Assembly (NCBI GenBank): GCA_902605135.1
Contig: CACLBK010000003.1
Location: forward strand, 1-63,025
DNA from: an uncultured Alphaproteobacteria bacterium
GTDB lineage: Bacteria > Pseudomonadota > Alphaproteobacteria > HIMB59 > GCA-002718135
Direction of reading: 5' to 3'
DNA length: 63,025 nucleotides
The notes beneath the pieces are model-generated. The model was not told the DNA's origin. It searched no databases and saw nothing but the letters and a program-made list of their open reading frames with translations. How positions within the stretch are numbered: position 1 is the first letter of the stretch; each line of letters begins with the position of its first letter. This document shows, one piece after another, positions 61,032 to 63,025 of this stretch. Made by a program: the position numbers and the translations under genes.

Positions 61032-61088
61032 GGTGGTTAGTAATCGTAATATTAAATGTGAGTTATAATGTTATAAAAACTAACCACC
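61032..61088. repeat. 10-bp perfect inverted repeat (long hairpin A)
   Basis: GGTGGTTAGT (61032-61041) and ACTAACCACC (61079-61088), with a 37-nt interior. Confidence 0.8.
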
Positions 61089-61178
61089 ATGGAACGGAAG
61101 TAAATTTATTTATAGGTAAAAATTAATATTTATTTAAAAAAAATTATTTTTGATCTTATAAAATAGATATTTAAGAGT

Positions 61179-61195
61179 TTTAGAATTATTCTAAT
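61179..61195. promoter_or_regulatory. Irr-binding ICE box
   Basis: TTTAGAA-TTA-TTCTAAT, one mismatch from TTTAGAA-N3-TTCTAAA. Confidence 0.7.
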
Positions 61196-61222
61196 TAAAA
61201 GTAATAGACATTCATTATAGGT

Positions 61223-61240
61223 GGGGCCTCAGAGGGCCCC
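61223..61240 (-). terminator. GC-rich hairpin at the 3' end of hsp20
   Basis: Minus strand GGGGCCCTCTGAGGCCCC directly after the hsp20 stop; the U-tract is weak. Confidence 0.6.
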
Positions 61241-61249
61241 TATCCAAGA

Positions 61250-61687
61250 CTACTTTATAGAAATAAGTCTAGCTTTCTTTTCTTCTGGTATAATTCTCTC
61301 CAGATCAATTGTTAAAAGTCCATTGATTAATTCGGCATCCTTAACTTTGATGTCTTCTGAAATAGTGAACGATCTTTCAAACTGTCTGGTTGAGATTCCT
61401 TTGTGAATTACTCCATTACCATTATCATTAACCACTTTTTCTTTTGGTTTATTTCTAACAGTAAGATTATTTTCTTTTAATTCAATCTCAATGTCTTCTT
61501 TACTATATCCAGCAAGAGCAACTTCAATTTTATAATTGTTATCATCAACTCTATGAATATTGTAAGGTGGATAGTTTGTATTGTAACGTTCAGTGGATTC
61601 TAACATTCTATCAAATTCATCGAAAATCGAATCAAATCCAACAGAAAATGGTCTTAAAGAATTCCAAACGGATAGGTTTCTAGTCAT
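61250..61687 (-). CDS. ibpA: Small heat-shock protein, Hsp20/IbpA family (start moved to MTRNLS at 61687)
   Basis: YPPYNI, IEVALAG, HKGIS.R.F.R.F, A.L.NGLL.I.L.R.IPEEKK; AAGGAG RBS at 61693-61698. Confidence 0.93.
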   Translation of the reverse strand: MTRNLSVWNSLRPFSVGFDSIFDEFDRMLESTERYNTNYPPYNIHRVDDNNYKIEVALAGYSKEDIEIELKENNLTVRNKPKEKVVNDNGNGVIHKGISTRQFERSFTISEDIKVKDAELINGLLTIDLERIIPEEKKARLISIK

Positions 61688-61744
61688 AATAACTCCTTTG
61701 TAAGCAAGTATTAATGTCGGCACCCACAATGGCATGCTGACATT
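61688..61744 (-). ncRNA. ROSE-like RNA thermometer in the hsp20 5' UTR
   Basis: 5' hairpin AATGTCAGCA...TGCCGACATT, then CTTGCTT (U-U/C-GCU motif) able to pair with the AAGGAG SD. Confidence 0.65.
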
Positions 61745-61748
61745 TATG

Positions 61749-61776
61749 ATGTGGTGATGATTATAATTAATTCAAG
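61749..61776 (-). promoter_or_regulatory. RpoH (sigma32)-type promoter of hsp20
   Basis: CTTGAA-N16-CCACAT on the minus strand. Confidence 0.65.
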
Positions 61777-61783
61777 TATGTAA

Positions 61784-62440
61784 TTATTTTTTTCTTATAA
61801 AGGATAAGCCATCTGATAACGGTAAAAGAGAAAAGTCTACACGAGAATCATGTTGGATTTTTGTATTTAAGTCTCTTATGGTATTTGTTTGAGAGTCATT
61901 TTTTTTCTCATCAGCAACATCACCATGCCAAAGCATGTTATCAATAATTATAATACCATTTGATGGAACAAGACTTAAAGATAATTCATAATAATTAAGA
62001 TAATTATTTTTGTCAGCATCTATGAAGATAAAATCATAAGAATGTTGACGGTCTATCATACTTTGCATTATTTCAACCCCATCACCGATAATAGATTCAA
62101 TTTTTGAACTCATATTATCTAGATCCCAATATTTTTTAGCTAATGATAGAAATTCGTCTGAATTATCAATTGTTGTAATTTTTCCTTCTGCTGACAAACC
62201 TCTTGCAATAAATAAAGTGCTCATGCCAGTAAATCTTCCAACTTCTAGACAAGATTTTGCTTTCGATAATTTTGTGATTATTTCTAAAAACTGACCTTGT
62301 TCTTTTGCAATTTGCATTTGAGATACACTGCCAAGCTTAGATGTTTCATCTGCTAGATCGTCAATTATTTTATCTTTTCTATAACCTACGTTTTGTAGAT
62401 ATTTTACTAAGCTTTCATCTATTTTAGTTTGTGTACTCAT
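61784..62440 (-). CDS. Class I SAM-dependent O-methyltransferase (caffeoyl-CoA OMT/TrmR-like)
   Basis: EQGQFL, LEVG.FTG.S, FIDADK.NY, DNMLW.G, DGL. Confidence 0.9.
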   Translation of the reverse strand: MSTQTKIDESLVKYLQNVGYRKDKIIDDLADETSKLGSVSQMQIAKEQGQFLEIITKLSKAKSCLEVGRFTGMSTLFIARGLSAEGKITTIDNSDEFLSLAKKYWDLDNMSSKIESIIGDGVEIMQSMIDRQHSYDFIFIDADKNNYLNYYELSLSLVPSNGIIIIDNMLWHGDVADEKKNDSQTNTIRDLNTKIQHDSRVDFSLLPLSDGLSFIRKK

Positions 62441-63024
62441 TAATTAATGTACTCATAAACTTGTGGTAATTTTTTTATTTCTTTATCTGAAATTATAAAA
62501 CAATCTTTTATTCTTTCTTCCAATTCTTTTGAATCATCTTCTGGGTTTGAGTGTAATTGCAATAATGGTTTGGTGCTATCAATTTTTTCACCAACAGAAA
62601 TAACACTGTCATATCCTACACCATAATTTATTTTATCAGAAATTTGTTTACGTCCTCCGCCAAGCTCTATTAAAATTAAACCTAATTCTCTTGTATGAAT
62701 TTTTTCGATCCAACCTTCTTTATCAGAAAAAATATCTCTAGGTGTTGACTCATTATGTAAATCTGTTTCGTAAGTTGATAAAATATTTTTTGGTCCTCCC
62801 AAAGCTGAAGTCATCTTTTCAAATTTTTCTGCTGCTTCTCCATTTGAAAGAACCTCTTCAATTTTTTTAAGAGCATCTTCTTTAGAGATTTTATGGACCA
62901 TCATTAAAAGTGAAGAGATTAATTCATTCGTGATTTTTTCTAAGCGATAATCTTTAATTTCATTTTTTAAATACTTTATACACTCTAACATTTCTAAAGT
63001 ATGACCTGCGCTTTTTCCTAAGAC
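62440..63024 (-). CDS. deoA: Thymidine/pyrimidine-nucleoside phosphorylase, 3' part (runs off window)
   Basis: VLGKSAGHTLEM.E, G.A.E.F..M..ALGG, LGGGR....D.I..GVG; the frame stays open to the window edge. Confidence 0.88.
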   Translation of the reverse strand, partial: VLGKSAGHTLEMLECIKYLKNEIKDYRLEKITNELISSLLMMVHKISKEDALKKIEEVLSNGEAAEKFEKMTSALGGPKNILSTYETDLHNESTPRDIFSDKEGWIEKIHTRELGLILIELGGGRKQISDKINYGVGYDSVISVGEKIDSTKPLLQLHSNPEDDSKELEERIKDCFIISDKEIKKLPQVYEYIN

Positions 63025-63025
63025 T

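Noticed and set aside
60833-61088. Hairpins as a CRISPR array, tRNA or MITE ends
   Set aside because: The two stems differ in sequence, there is no repeat-spacer periodicity, cloverleaf or target-site duplication, and no cas or transposase gene is nearby.
3402-61406. About 30 short ORFs of 60-120 aa in the track lying antisense or out of frame within larger genes (e.g. 6394-6657, 11342-11692, 22266-22625, 31912-32220, 59577-59810, 61221-61406)
   Set aside because: They are shadow ORFs overlapping well-supported genes, with no motifs or RBS.
61688-61735. N-terminal extension of Hsp20 (MPLWVPTL...) given by the ORF track
   Set aside because: It lies in the structured 5' UTR. The strong SD supports the ATG at 61687.

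Overview
AT-rich (roughly 30% GC by eye), very tightly packed chromosomal segment of a streamlined alphaproteobacterium. Gene order and compaction resemble marine SAR11/HIMB59-type genomes, which is an inference. From left to right: (1) 1-24.8 kb is core housekeeping (ubiE end, coaBC, ThiF/MoeB, fabA-fabB-fabI, pnp-rpsO-truB-rbfA-infB-nusA, trmB-lnt-corC-ybeY-phoH-miaB-rimI-tsaB, nfuA, trpS, murJ). (2) About 25-45.7 kb is a phosphorus-acquisition region with two PiT-type permeases, a plcP-agt-like lipid-remodelling pair and an unusually extended phosphonate catabolic cluster. The cluster has the known PhnW-PhnY-PhnA core and an orphan PhnZ-type HD oxygenase. It also has a HEP-dehydrogenase-type Fe-ADH, a stand-alone Zn-site MetE-core protein, a ureidoglycolate-lyase-like cupin, a GpdQ-like phosphodiesterase, a SAM-fold protein and a split Ugp-like ABC importer with Pho-box-like repeats. 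This is the best candidate for an undescribed system, a funnel for esterified, hydroxylated or methylated C2-phosphonates. (3) 45.7-54.7 kb holds miscellaneous genes (msrPQ, YejA-like SBP, nucleoside salvage). (4) 54.7-61.2 kb is an iron-uptake locus (DUF4856-like protein, desaturase, Fe3+ ABC) whose long upstream region has two tandem modules of an Irr/ICE box plus a long hairpin with a mini-ORF. (5) The end holds hsp20 with an RpoH-type promoter and ROSE-like thermometer, an O-methyltransferase and a partial deoA. No rRNA, tRNA, CRISPR, IS or prophage was seen. All family calls come from motif recognition by eye, not from database searches.
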